Below are positions 18,524 through 28,588 of a stretch of 47,118 nt of DNA, piece after piece. Source of the stretch: Phycisphaerae bacterium. GTDB taxonomy: Bacteria > Planctomycetota > Phycisphaerae > WQYP01. The position numbers and the translations under genes were made by a program. Below the pieces are notes generated by a model, which saw nothing but the letters and a program-made list of their open reading frames with translations, did no database searches and was not told the origin of the DNA. Position 1 is the stretch's first letter; each line of letters begins with the position of its first letter. Where the stretch lies: contig DATJSN010000040.1 of assembly GCA_035504095.1 (NCBI GenBank), forward strand, positions 1 to 47,118. The letters are read 5' to 3'.

Positions 18524-20521
18524 ATGGCTGGCCAGATTCCTCCCGGTTTAATTATTGCGGGTATATTTTTTGGCGCGCTGGTTGTATTGGCGACTCTGAT
18601 CAAAATCAGCCGGGTTATCGTTTACGTCCCGAACAATATGGTCGGCGTAGTGGAAAAACTTTGGAGCCTCGGAGGCTCAATTGAATCGGGAATTATCGCA
18701 CTGGATCACAAGGCCGGGTTTCAGTCGGACCTTTTACGCGGCGGCATTCATTTTTTTACACCTTTTCAATACCGCATTCATAAATTGCCGCTGGTGACCG
18801 TGCCACAGGGGCGCATCGGCTACGTTTTCGCGCGCGACGGCAAGCCGCTGCAGCCGTCGCAAACGCTGGCCGCTAACGACGTGGCGCAGAATTTTGAAGA
18901 TGCTCGGGAATTCCTAAAGGATGGCCAAAAAGGCCCGCAGCGCAAACTGCTGCGTGAAGGGACATACGCCCTGAACCTGGCCCTGTTTGTGGTGATCACC
19001 GGCGACGCGGCGGCTTTCAGTATTTACACGCTGAACCTGAATTCCCAGGAACAAGCCATGTTCCAGGGAATGGCCAAAGTGATCAATGACCGCAGCGGTT
19101 TTTCGCCCGTGATTATTCGCGACGCCGATGACACGATCGGCATCGTGACCGTACACGACGGACCATCGCTTACCGGTGGAGAAATTATTGCGCCCATCGT
19201 GGGCGACGAAAAAAGCAACCACAACAATTTCCAAAATCCGGACGTGTTCCTGAAACTGGGCGGCCTGCGCGGCAGGCAATATCAGGTTCTGGTGGAAGGA
19301 ACCTATTACATCAACCGCCTGTTCGCCACAGTAGAACTGGTACCGAAAACGGTGGTAAGTATTGGTTTTGTGGGCGTGGTGGTTTCCTACACCGGCAAAC
19401 AGGGCCAGGATGTATCCGGAGACACTTACCGGCATGGCGAAATGGTCAATCAGGGATTCAAGGGCGTATGGGACACGCCTTTACTGCCGGGAAAATATGC
19501 ATTCAACATATACGCCGGCAACATTGTCCTGGTGCCCGTGACCAATTTTATTCTTAAATGGTCCAACGAAGTCACCGAATCACACAAACTGGATGAAAAT
19601 CTTTCGGAAATTTCTCTGATCACCAAGGACGCCTTCGAGCCGCAACTGCCGCTTTCGGTTGTTCTGCATATCGATTACAGCAAGGCGCCGCTGGTGATTC
19701 AGCGATTTGGAGACATCAAGAGGCTGGTGGAACAGACGCTGGATCCGATGGTGAGCGCCTATTTTAAAAACATCGGTCAGAATCGCACGCTCATCGAGTT
19801 GCTGCAGGATCGCAGCCAGATTCAGAACCAGTCGCAGCAGGAAATGCGCAGCAAATTCGCGGAGTACAACCTGGAACTCCAGGAAGTTCTGATCGGCACG
19901 CCGCATCCGCCAGCGGACAAGACCGGAAGCACCAGCAGCATCGAGCAGATTCTGATTCAATTGCGCGACCGGCAGGTAGCGCGCGAACAGGTGGAAACCT
20001 ACAAACTCCAGCAAGCGGCCGCCGAACAGGAACGGTCGCTGCGCGAATCCGCCGCGAAGGCCGCTCAACAGGCGGAGATCACCAAATCGGCGCTGGACAT
20101 CCAGATTCGTGAGAACGTGGGCAAAGCGGATCTGGCCAAAGCGCAGCAGGACGCCGAACGGGTGAAGGTCGAGGCCCGCGCCAATGCGGAACGCCTGAAA
20201 ATGGAAGGTGAAGGCGAAGCATCGCGTGTACAGCAGATTGGTTTTGCCAACGCCGCCGCCACACAAAAACAAGTAGAAGCCTACGGCGGCCCGCAATACC
20301 AAATGCTCCAGCAAGTGATGACCCGCATTGCCGAAGCGGCGGAAAAAGGCCAGATTCCTCTGGTGCCGCAGATCATGGTGGGCGGCGGCGCTGCCGGTCC
20401 CAATGGATCGCCGATGCAAGGAGGCGGATTAATCGAGGGGCTTTTGGCGCTGATGCTTTCCGAAAAACTGCAAAAGCCAGTTCCGCCGGCTAAACCGGCC
20501 GTAACAGCGAGCCCTGGTTAA
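18524..20521 (+). CDS. Flotillin-like SPFH/band-7 membrane protein (YqiK-like) with a C-terminal coiled coil.
   Basis: N-terminal TM helix (LIIAGIFFGALVVLATLI), an SPFH-like core, then a long E/A/Q/K/R-rich heptad region (…AEQERSLRESAAKAAQQAEITKSALDIQIREN…). The 279-aa minus ORF 19580..20419 is antisense to it. Confidence 0.7.
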   Translation: MAGQIPPGLIIAGIFFGALVVLATLIKISRVIVYVPNNMVGVVEKLWSLGGSIESGIIALDHKAGFQSDLLRGGIHFFTPFQYRIHKLPLVTVPQGRIGYVFARDGKPLQPSQTLAANDVAQNFEDAREFLKDGQKGPQRKLLREGTYALNLALFVVITGDAAAFSIYTLNLNSQEQAMFQGMAKVINDRSGFSPVIIRDADDTIGIVTVHDGPSLTGGEIIAPIVGDEKSNHNNFQNPDVFLKLGGLRGRQYQVLVEGTYYINRLFATVELVPKTVVSIGFVGVVVSYTGKQGQDVSGDTYRHGEMVNQGFKGVWDTPLLPGKYAFNIYAGNIVLVPVTNFILKWSNEVTESHKLDENLSEISLITKDAFEPQLPLSVVLHIDYSKAPLVIQRFGDIKRLVEQTLDPMVSAYFKNIGQNRTLIELLQDRSQIQNQSQQEMRSKFAEYNLELQEVLIGTPHPPADKTGSTSSIEQILIQLRDRQVAREQVETYKLQQAAAEQERSLRESAAKAAQQAEITKSALDIQIRENVGKADLAKAQQDAERVKVEARANAERLKMEGEGEASRVQQIGFANAAATQKQVEAYGGPQYQMLQQVMTRIAEAAEKGQIPLVPQIMVGGGAAGPNGSPMQGGGLIEGLLALMLSEKLQKPVPPAKPAVTASPG

Positions 20522-20555
20522 AGAATTTTTAAACCGCGAAAGAATTGTTTACTGC

Positions 20556-21083
20556 TCAATCAGCGGGCGCGGTAGTCGGGGGAAGACTTCCGTTTTCCGT
20601 GTTCCATTTGGAAACAAACATTTTGAGCATGGCCAGGGCGTTTTGTTTGGCCCAATCAGCCACTTTGTCGGCCGGACATATTCCGGTGACGGTGTCCCGA
20701 AAAATAATTTTCTTATTCTCGATTACAAACACGCCTGCCTTACAGGTATGCGTCCCGTCTTGATTGGCGATCGAGCCGAATGTCACAAGGATATGCGGAT
20801 AGCCAGGCAGTGAGCGAGCGACGGATAAATTGATGATCTGGAACTTGCTGTTGTCTTTTATGTATGTAAGGCTCGCCGAGCGTATGGGTCTGTAAGAAAC
20901 GTTGTCCTCATCGACGCCGGCAATCTGTATGTAAATGCTGGCCTTCGTAAAACCAACCAGGCTGACTGCCGGCTGCGTGGCTGAAGGTTGTGTTGCTGGA
21001 GCCACATCAGCGCAGAGAGTTTTAGCTCCCGCGACCAGGATAAACGCCGCCACAGCAAGCCAGAGAATTTTGAATTTCATCAT
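20556..21083 (-). CDS. Small secreted hypothetical protein.
   Basis: Signal peptide MMKFKILWLAVAAFILVAGAKTLCA. A GGAG Shine-Dalgarno sits 4 nt upstream of the ATG pair at 21083/21080. The track's longer start at 21101 is TTG. Confidence 0.5.
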   Translation of the reverse strand: MMKFKILWLAVAAFILVAGAKTLCADVAPATQPSATQPAVSLVGFTKASIYIQIAGVDEDNVSYRPIRSASLTYIKDNSKFQIINLSVARSLPGYPHILVTFGSIANQDGTHTCKAGVFVIENKKIIFRDTVTGICPADKVADWAKQNALAMLKMFVSKWNTENGSLPPTTAPAD

Positions 21084-21190
21084 CTGCTCCAAATAATACA
21101 AGGATCATTGCATTGAGCATGAAACGTCTTTTTAGCGTGCGATAGTATAAGGGAAAAGATGGCACAAACGAAAACTATTGAGGCATCAAA

Positions 21191-22666
21191 TCAGACGGCC
21201 AATCCCAACTGTAATTGGTCCAATGGATTAAATAATGAATTGGACTCCAGACTGTTTATCACATCATTGGAAACGGTATTTACCGCCAATGCCACATGAC
21301 CATTCTGCCCGGCGTTGGATGGATGAGAAACTTTAACGACCTGAATAAAATCAAAGGCATTTCCAGACACCGTTGTATCAGCAGCCAAAGTTGCATTTTT
21401 TGGTACTTCATTTTTCGACGTTGAAGGTCCTGAAGAATTGACGACGCCGGAAGCGGAGGACGATTGCGTACCATTGGAATAATTGACCAAATATGGAATC
21501 AATTGATTGGCGATAGGCGTTCCCAATCCGGTGGCCAGATCAAAGCCCGGACCGGCTTTATACCCATTGGTGCCCGTCGTAATGTCATGGAAATCGGAAT
21601 TCGGAGCGGAAAACAGCGCCGGTAAAAGTTGTGTAGCGCCATTAAGCGATGTTTTGCCCGCCAGTTGACGGCCCTGATCGGCAATTACGACTAAAGCAGC
21701 CCACTGCGGCGCTCCGGCACTGGTGCCCCCGACTTCATACCAGCTTGTACCGCCAGGTATGTATGAACTGTCGGCGACATAAACGCCGGTGTCGGGATTC
21801 GCGTCATAAGATACGTCCGGACTGGCGAGTTTATTGCTGTTGGTCTCAACGTCGCTCTGATAAGCGGGCTTTGGTTCATATTTACTCAGTCCGCCGCCGC
21901 CATCGCTCCACGCAGATTCACTGGCCCATGTGCCGTTGGCGGTCAGGTTAAGGGTCGTGCCGCCGACGGAAAGCACGTTAGGTGAAACCGCAGGATAAGA
22001 AGTCACGCCGCCGGTATCACCAGCCGAAGCTACGAAGGTTATTCCCTGGTGCCCGGCCGGCGTAGTAAATACGTTGTCATAAGCGCCTTCGCTGGAAAAT
22101 TCACCACCGCCCCAGCTCATGGAAACAACGTCCACGCTGGCGACGCTTTTGGCGTAATTAATTGCACTAAATAACGCTCCGAAGCTGGAGTTTTGTGCCT
22201 CAACAAGCAGAATTTTGGCCGCGGGCGCAATGGCGTGCGCCCATTCGACATCCAGTGCAGTTTCGATAGCCCATCCGGAACCAACGGCAGACCCCGCACC
22301 GGCAGCCACCACCTGCGTCAGAAAGCTGCTCGCGGCGCCGAACTGCTGATACAGTGAGGTTTGATTATTAAAGCTCATAGATTGAGCGAAAGTGTTAACG
22401 TCCCTGGCAATGGTCGGATCGTAATAAGCATCGATGATAGCGATGGTTTGTCCGGCGCCGTCGGCGGTGACCGACTGGTCCAGCGAATTGGTAAAACTTA
22501 ACTGATTGAACTGATACGCTTCTCGTATCTGGTAAGGCGTATAAGGTCCGGAAATTGTGGAAGAAGATAGAAGGATGCGCGGCTCAAGCTGTTCAAATGT
22601 GCAACGCGCCAGGACCAGATGATTATTTCTTTTTTTCTTTGAGCCGGAGCCGGCAAACCAAACCAT
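21191..22666 (-). CDS. S53 (sedolisin/kumamolisin-like) serine peptidase.
   Basis: ...VASAGDTGG... and the catalytic-Ser block GGTSAGAPQWAALVV match the sedolisin SGDxG / GGTSxxAPxWAAL signatures. Confidence 0.65.
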   Translation of the reverse strand: MVWFAGSGSKKKRNNHLVLARCTFEQLEPRILLSSSTISGPYTPYQIREAYQFNQLSFTNSLDQSVTADGAGQTIAIIDAYYDPTIARDVNTFAQSMSFNNQTSLYQQFGAASSFLTQVVAAGAGSAVGSGWAIETALDVEWAHAIAPAAKILLVEAQNSSFGALFSAINYAKSVASVDVVSMSWGGGEFSSEGAYDNVFTTPAGHQGITFVASAGDTGGVTSYPAVSPNVLSVGGTTLNLTANGTWASESAWSDGGGGLSKYEPKPAYQSDVETNSNKLASPDVSYDANPDTGVYVADSSYIPGGTSWYEVGGTSAGAPQWAALVVIADQGRQLAGKTSLNGATQLLPALFSAPNSDFHDITTGTNGYKAGPGFDLATGLGTPIANQLIPYLVNYSNGTQSSSASGVVNSSGPSTSKNEVPKNATLAADTTVSGNAFDFIQVVKVSHPSNAGQNGHVALAVNTVSNDVINSLESNSLFNPLDQLQLGLAV

Positions 22667-22835
22667 CCTTCAAACCCCTGTGAAATATACAGACTCTATC
22701 GGCCAAAGCCTCGGCGCGGTTTGGAAACAAAAAATGTTATGAAACCCATTCTTGTTGGACTTGGACCACATATTCACAGGCGCATTCAAACGACGCCTTT
22801 TTCGGACGTTAAGGCTCCGTCTTAAAATACAGAGC

Positions 22836-24455
22836 CTAATATCCAATGTTATTTAATGCCTCCGGACCGAGGCGTTGGCTCAATTGGGCAAGATAAAGAC
22901 TCCCCGGATTCACTTTTGTTCCCTGGGAATCAATTATTCCCTGGGGCAGCAGTGGGGATTTCTGAAAAGGCATGGCCTGAAGATTCTCGCGACCGATGTC
23001 GCCGATGGCCCAGTTTTCCGATCCCGGCGGCTGCTGGATAACAAAGCTCCGGGCCTGGCAATTCCAGGCCACGGCCCAGCCGATGGCCCATCCGTGACCC
23101 GAACCCATCTCGCCGCGATTGATCAGATCAATTCCGCCCTCAGGAACCTGACAATTATCTACCAAAAGTCCGGTGGCCCAGCGCATGTGCGGCTCAATGG
23201 TTCCATCGCCGTGAAAGACGCAGTTGAGCAGGACATTAGGGCCGTTCACGCGGCCAAACGTGGCAAAATAAAACAGGTGGTTGCCGGTATCATAACAGCG
23301 GTTAAAAAGCACCTGCGTCCCCGAGCAGCCGTAATCGGCGAACAAGGCGGCGCCTACCGTGACAACGGTGTGCGTAATGGCTACGTTCTGCACGGTTACA
23401 CGGGCGGCATAATCGCCGATATCGATGCTGCCGACGGTTTCACTGGCAAAGAGATTGCGAATCCATACGTCGGCAGCGCCGTTAACCCGTACCGCGGAAT
23501 ATGGCGTCTGGTTGATGTTGATTCGTTGCGGCGGACAAATGATGCGCAGATTTTCCACGCCGATCTGCGTGATGCGATTGGACAAATTGCAGCGCACTAC
23601 CGATCCGCCCGGCGGACTGATGTAACGCGAATCGAGCGAATCGGTCATGGGCGCATTAAGGCTGATTTGATTTGAGGAAATGCCGGTGATGCTGCGTTCG
23701 GTGGTGATGTTACCCGAAACCCAATGTTCGACTTTATCGCGGCGCGCTAATTCGCTCATGCCCATAAAATCAACCCACGCCGGTGTGGCGGGCCGGTTGA
23801 TGAGAATAGAGTCACCGACATTCAACCCAGCCGTGTCGCGCAGGTCCAGAACCATCGCGCCGGAAGGAACATAGGACTCAGTGATCGGTATGGGCCGTCC
23901 GGTGATCTCCGGAGCTTTAGGCCCGAGAATCTGCACAAATACGTGTGGGCGGCCGGTTAATCTGATGATGGTTCCATCAGGATCGGCTCCGCTGCCGCGC
24001 AGCACCACGCCGCCGGCTTTGATCATTAACGCTTTGCTGCAGATGTAAACCCCGGGATCAAGCACCACCGCGCCGCGAAAACCATTTTCCACCGGCATGG
24101 CGGAAACCTCATCGATGGCACTCTGAATCGCGGAAGAATCATCTGATCCGGAAGGACTGACGCGCCGCGCCACGGGAACCATAGGAATCTTTACGCCGCC
24201 GCCCATGTAACCGGCGGTGGAAAAATCCATGATGTGATCACCCGTGCTTGAGATTCTATAGACCAGCCGGCCATCAGAGCCATAGTAGACCCACTCGCTT
24301 GAAGCATTGCTGTTTTCTTCGCCGTCGTAATAAGCGCGGGCAGGTTGTTCACAGTGAATCATTAGACCGGTCGCAAGGACTAAAAGCCCAAGGCTGGTGA
24401 TAATCAGTAAAATCTGTTTCATAACTTGCGCAGCAACAAACCTGGTGAAAGACAA
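22836..24455 (-). CDS. Secreted right-handed parallel beta-helix protein (pectate-lyase superfamily / GH28-like glycanase or polysaccharide lyase).
   Basis: N-terminal TM/signal segment (ILLIITSLGLLVLATGLMI). There are many short G/N/V/I-rich beta-helix rungs (…NVAITHTVVTVGAALFADYGCSGTQVLFNRCYDTGNHLFY…). The plus ORF 22875..23675 is antisense low-complexity. Confidence 0.55.
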   Translation of the reverse strand: MSFTRFVAAQVMKQILLIITSLGLLVLATGLMIHCEQPARAYYDGEENSNASSEWVYYGSDGRLVYRISSTGDHIMDFSTAGYMGGGVKIPMVPVARRVSPSGSDDSSAIQSAIDEVSAMPVENGFRGAVVLDPGVYICSKALMIKAGGVVLRGSGADPDGTIIRLTGRPHVFVQILGPKAPEITGRPIPITESYVPSGAMVLDLRDTAGLNVGDSILINRPATPAWVDFMGMSELARRDKVEHWVSGNITTERSITGISSNQISLNAPMTDSLDSRYISPPGGSVVRCNLSNRITQIGVENLRIICPPQRININQTPYSAVRVNGAADVWIRNLFASETVGSIDIGDYAARVTVQNVAITHTVVTVGAALFADYGCSGTQVLFNRCYDTGNHLFYFATFGRVNGPNVLLNCVFHGDGTIEPHMRWATGLLVDNCQVPEGGIDLINRGEMGSGHGWAIGWAVAWNCQARSFVIQQPPGSENWAIGDIGRENLQAMPFQKSPLLPQGIIDSQGTKVNPGSLYLAQLSQRLGPEALNNIGY

Positions 24456-24537
24456 AAGTACAAACGTGCAACAGATGCGATTGTTTCAACGCACCGGTGA
24501 ATCGGTCGAGGAATCAGGCTTTGCCACTGAGATCAGT

Positions 24538-25743
24538 TTACAGCGTGCCAAACTTGTAGATTGTCTGCTGGAAATAGGATGGCCCGGGATTGAGAACTGT
24601 GGGAGGAAAATTAGAATGATTGGGCGCATCCGGATAACCGCAGGCTTCAAGTGTGATGCCGCCGAAGCACGGATACGATCCGCCGATGCCGGTCAGCGAA
24701 CCATCGAGAAGATTACCGGTATAAATCTGAATGGCGGGCTGGGTGGTCCAGCATTCCAGCGAACGGCCGCTGATCGGCTCTTCCAAACGTGCCGCGAGCA
24801 CCAGCGCTTGTCCGGCAGTATTCAGGCACCATGTGTAGTCGTAACCATAAGGCAAAAGATCGCCGTTGACCTTGCCTGTGTCCGGTACAGGCGTCAGGCG
24901 CAAACCGATGAGTTGCGGCGACTGGAAATCCAGCGCTGTACCGCGCACCGAAACAATGTCGCCGGTGGGAATTAACTGATCGCTTACCGGCAGATAATTT
25001 TCGCTGAAAATCTGCAATCCGTGATTCAACACTGTGGAACCCGGACCGTTGAGATTGAAATAGGTGTGATTGGCCGGATTCACAATGGTCGGAGCATCGG
25101 TGGTCATACGGTAATTGATGTGAATGCTGTTGTCGTCGTTGAGATAGTACAGCGTCTCCGCCTCCAGGTCGCCGGGGAAGCCGTTTTCACCCGCGGGAGA
25201 AAAATAATTGAATCGCACGCCGGGCGATCCGCCGACAGTAACCGCTGTGGGCGTCCAGATTTTGCTGTCCCATGCATTCGGCCCGCCATTTAAAGCGTTC
25301 ACACCATCATTAAGAGGGATGTGATAAGTGGCGCCGTTTAGCGTGAACGTTCCGCCGGCGATGCGGCCCGCATAACGACCCAGGGTGGCGCCAAAACCGG
25401 CGTCGGCGGCCGCGATATAACTGGGTAAATCGTTAAAGCCAAGGGCGACATCGCCGACATTGCCGTCGCGATCCAGGGAAAGAATTCTCTGCACCCTGGC
25501 GCCATAGCTCAGAAGTTGCACGATCATCCCGTTGGCGTTGGCCAGTGTGTATTGTTCAACCTTGGCGCCATCCTGCATGGCCCCGAAGTCTGCCTTATAG
25601 ACTCCCTTTTTCGGAGGTTGCGGATTGTCCTGAGCTGATGCGCTGCGACTGGAACCCGCAAAAGCCAGACCCGCGGCAACACCGGTTGCGAGAAATCCAC
25701 GCCGTGATATTGAGCTTAATTTTGCGCCGCTGGTATTCGTCAT
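24538..25743 (-). CDS. galM: Aldose 1-epimerase (galactose mutarotase), Tat-exported.
   Basis: Twin-arginine signal SRRGFLATGVAAGLAFAGSSRSASA. Conserved GATLGRYAGRIAGG…YHIPLNDG…NALNGG mutarotase blocks. Confidence 0.8.
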   Translation of the reverse strand: MTNTSGAKLSSISRRGFLATGVAAGLAFAGSSRSASAQDNPQPPKKGVYKADFGAMQDGAKVEQYTLANANGMIVQLLSYGARVQRILSLDRDGNVGDVALGFNDLPSYIAAADAGFGATLGRYAGRIAGGTFTLNGATYHIPLNDGVNALNGGPNAWDSKIWTPTAVTVGGSPGVRFNYFSPAGENGFPGDLEAETLYYLNDDNSIHINYRMTTDAPTIVNPANHTYFNLNGPGSTVLNHGLQIFSENYLPVSDQLIPTGDIVSVRGTALDFQSPQLIGLRLTPVPDTGKVNGDLLPYGYDYTWCLNTAGQALVLAARLEEPISGRSLECWTTQPAIQIYTGNLLDGSLTGIGGSYPCFGGITLEACGYPDAPNHSNFPPTVLNPGPSYFQQTIYKFGTL

Positions 25744-25839
25744 GGCAGGAGCACCTCCGTCGGGCCTAATTTGGTGGCTGACTGCAAAATATATTCCATG
25801 CAGGCAAATTGAGCAAATTAATTCCGGCTAAACCGCTTG

Positions 25840-27060
25840 TTACAAAGTGCTGAAACGGTAAACATTTTCCTGGAAATAGGAAGGTCCCGGATTCAGCACG
25901 GTGGACGGAAAATTCGGCTGATTGGGTGAATTGGGATAATGCTGCGGCTCCAGCGTGATTGCGCCATGGTAATTGTATGGGCCGCCGAGGCCGGTCAGGC
26001 TGCCGTCGAGAAAATTGCCCGTGGCCACCTGAATGCCGGGTTGGGTGGTCCAAATTTCCATTTGACGGCCGGCAGTCGGTTCGGAAATCCGCGTAGCCAG
26101 GGCCATCTGTTTTCCTCCATTCCACCCATTGATGCACCAATTATCGTCGTAACCATAAGGAAACAAATGTGGATTGGCATTGGGATCCGACGGATAGCCC
26201 TGAATGCGATCGCCGATGCGCACCGGAGTGCGTAAATCGAAAGGCGTGCCGTCAACGCGGACAATGTCCCCCTTTGGGATTAAGTCGTCGTTGGTTGGCG
26301 TATAATTACCGGCGTTGACCATCAATGTATGATCCATCACCGAATTGCCCGGTCCAAGCAGGTTGAAATAGCTGTGATTGGTGAGATTGACAACGGTCGG
26401 CGCATCGGTTGTGGCGCGATACAGCACGTGCAGTTCGTTGTAATCATTGAGCAAATAGGTGACGGAAACTTCCAGATTGCCCGGGAAACCATTTTCAAAC
26501 GCCGGGCTGAAATAATTAAACCGCACACCGGGCAGGTCAAGTTGCTGAATGGATGTTGATAGCCAGACTTTGCGATCGAAGGCATTCGGCCCGCCATGCA
26601 ATGTGTTATTCAGTTCAGGTTCATTGATGGGAAGCTTATACGTCACGCCGTCGAGCGTAAATTTTCCGCCGGCGATGCGGTTGGCATAGCGGCCGATGGT
26701 TGCTCCGTAATACCGCGCGGTAGGCAGGGCATAGCTGTCAATTTGAGTAAAGCCCAGAACCACGTCGCCAATCTGACCGTTTCCGTCCGGAACACGGATG
26801 CGCTGAATCCGGGCGCCGTAACTGATCAACTGCACGACCATCCCCTGCGAATTGGTGAGGGTGTACTGGGTTATATTTTCACCTGTGGGCAGCGTACCGA
26901 AGTAAATGGAGTAGACAGCGATTTTACGGGGAAAGTCGACAAAGGCCGGCGGCTGCGGTTGCTGGCAGCCCAACAGCGACCATGTGGCCGCGGCGCCGGC
27001 GGCCGCCAAAAAAGTGCGACGCGAAACCGGATGTACCAAATGATTGTTCTGATCCGCCAT
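25840..27060 (-). CDS. galM: Aldose 1-epimerase paralog, Tat-exported.
   Basis: Tat signal SRRTFLAAAGAAATWSLLGC. Motifs GATIGRYANRIAGGKFTLDGVTYKLPINE…NTLHGG. Clearly paralogous to the upstream gene. Confidence 0.8.
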   Translation of the reverse strand: MADQNNHLVHPVSRRTFLAAAGAAATWSLLGCQQPQPPAFVDFPRKIAVYSIYFGTLPTGENITQYTLTNSQGMVVQLISYGARIQRIRVPDGNGQIGDVVLGFTQIDSYALPTARYYGATIGRYANRIAGGKFTLDGVTYKLPINEPELNNTLHGGPNAFDRKVWLSTSIQQLDLPGVRFNYFSPAFENGFPGNLEVSVTYLLNDYNELHVLYRATTDAPTVVNLTNHSYFNLLGPGNSVMDHTLMVNAGNYTPTNDDLIPKGDIVRVDGTPFDLRTPVRIGDRIQGYPSDPNANPHLFPYGYDDNWCINGWNGGKQMALATRISEPTAGRQMEIWTTQPGIQVATGNFLDGSLTGLGGPYNYHGAITLEPQHYPNSPNQPNFPSTVLNPGPSYFQENVYRFSTL

Positions 27061-27307
27061 GTTTTTCTTCTTTTTATAACTTATAACCGTTCTATTCCAT
27101 CAGTCCCGGTTATAAAGGACACTTGCAAATTTCGCCGTCCCGGAGGCCGGTTGGGTGGCCATCCGGTCTCGGAATATATGTCCGCTGCCTGATTTGAGCA
27201 AGAACTTTTTCGCCGGTTTCGAACAGCTCTGGTGCGTTGAATGGATGCTCCTGAAGTCCTATTATTAGAAGCGCGATCAATGGCCTCGACCAGGGGAGTG
27301 TCTTCAC

Positions 27308-28549
27308 GTGCACGAAAGCGCAACGCATCAAAATTCGACAAATCGCATTTACATGGATAATGCCGCCACCAGCTTCCCCAAGCCCGTGGAAGTAACCCAG
27401 GCCATGGTGGATTACGCACGGAATATTGGCGCATCCGCCGGTCGCGGCGCCTATGCCGAAGCGCGCCAATCAGCGCGGGTTATCCAAAATTGCCGCACGT
27501 TGCTTGCAAGGCTTTTTAACGGAGAAAATCCCAATCATTTTATTTTTACGCTCAATTGCACCGATGCACTGAATATGGCCATTCACGGTTGGCTTAACCC
27601 CGGCGATCACGCCGTTTGCATCGCCATGGATCACAACAGCATTTTGCGGCCGCTAAATGAACTTGTCGCGCACAATGGCATTACACAGACGCGCATAGAA
27701 GTCGATCCGCAAACAGGTTTGGCGGAACCGGAAGACATTCGCAAGGCCCTTCGTCCCCAAACCCGGTTGATCGCCTTGGGGCACGCCAGCAACGTAACTG
27801 GGACCGTGCAGAACATTCAACAAATTGGACTGATTGCACGGGAATCGCAAATCGCATTCCTGGTTGACGCGGCACAATCCGCCGGGCATTTGCCCATCGA
27901 CGTAATAAAGGATCGAATCGATTTTCTGGCCTGCCCGGGTCATAAGGGATTGCTGGGGCCGCTGGGCACGGGATTTTTGTACATTCGCCCGGGGTTGGAA
28001 AATCAACTCAGAACGCGGCGCCAGGGAGGAACCGGCTCGGTCAGCCAGCGCGATGTTCAGCCGGAATTTATGCCCGATCGGTTCGAACCGGGTTCGCACA
28101 ACGCCATAGGCATTGCCGGTTTAGCTGAAGGAATCAACTGGATATTGCGGCGCGGCGTCAACGAAATTGCCCGGCATGAACGGGAATTATGCACGGCGTT
28201 TATTGAAGCCGTGCAAAATATTGAAGGCTTGCGATTCTTCGGACCAAACAGCAGCGCCAATCGCGTGGGCGTTTTCAGCATAAGGATCGATGGTTTCACG
28301 CCGCTGGAACTTTCAGAACAATTGGAGAAAGAATTCGGCATTCTCACACGCGCCGGCCTGCATTGTGCGCCGCTGGCGCATCAGGCCATTGGCACATTTT
28401 CGGATCAGCAGACGGAATCCCAATCCGGAACGACGCGTCTGAGTTTCGGAGTCTTTACACAAAAATCGCAGGTGCAATTCGCCGCAGAAGCGCTGGCAAC
28501 GTTGGCGGCGCGAAAAATCGGAAAAGAACACGTCGGCTCGGCCGTCTGA
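27308..28549 (+). CDS. Class-V aminotransferase / cysteine desulfurase family PLP enzyme.
   Basis: IYMDNAATSFP resembles IYLDxAATTP. PGHKGLLGPLGTGFLYIRPG is an SxHK(L)xGP PLP-lysine motif. The GTG start at 27308 is more consistent than the ATG at 27353, which lies inside the conserved block. Confidence 0.75.
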   Translation: MHESATHQNSTNRIYMDNAATSFPKPVEVTQAMVDYARNIGASAGRGAYAEARQSARVIQNCRTLLARLFNGENPNHFIFTLNCTDALNMAIHGWLNPGDHAVCIAMDHNSILRPLNELVAHNGITQTRIEVDPQTGLAEPEDIRKALRPQTRLIALGHASNVTGTVQNIQQIGLIARESQIAFLVDAAQSAGHLPIDVIKDRIDFLACPGHKGLLGPLGTGFLYIRPGLENQLRTRRQGGTGSVSQRDVQPEFMPDRFEPGSHNAIGIAGLAEGINWILRRGVNEIARHERELCTAFIEAVQNIEGLRFFGPNSSANRVGVFSIRIDGFTPLELSEQLEKEFGILTRAGLHCAPLAHQAIGTFSDQQTESQSGTTRLSFGVFTQKSQVQFAAEALATLAARKIGKEHVGSAV

Positions 28550-28588
28550 TCTGGCAAAGTTTCTCGAAATTGATTAGAGGTTCCCGGC

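Noticed and set aside
19580-20419. 279-aa minus-strand ORF.
   Set aside because: Lies entirely antisense to the flotillin-like gene's coiled-coil region. R/L/G-rich, typical of the antisense reading of an E/A/K-rich coiled coil.
22875-23675. 266-aa plus-strand ORF.
   Set aside because: Antisense to the 539-aa beta-helix protein gene, which has a signal/TM segment and beta-helix rungs.
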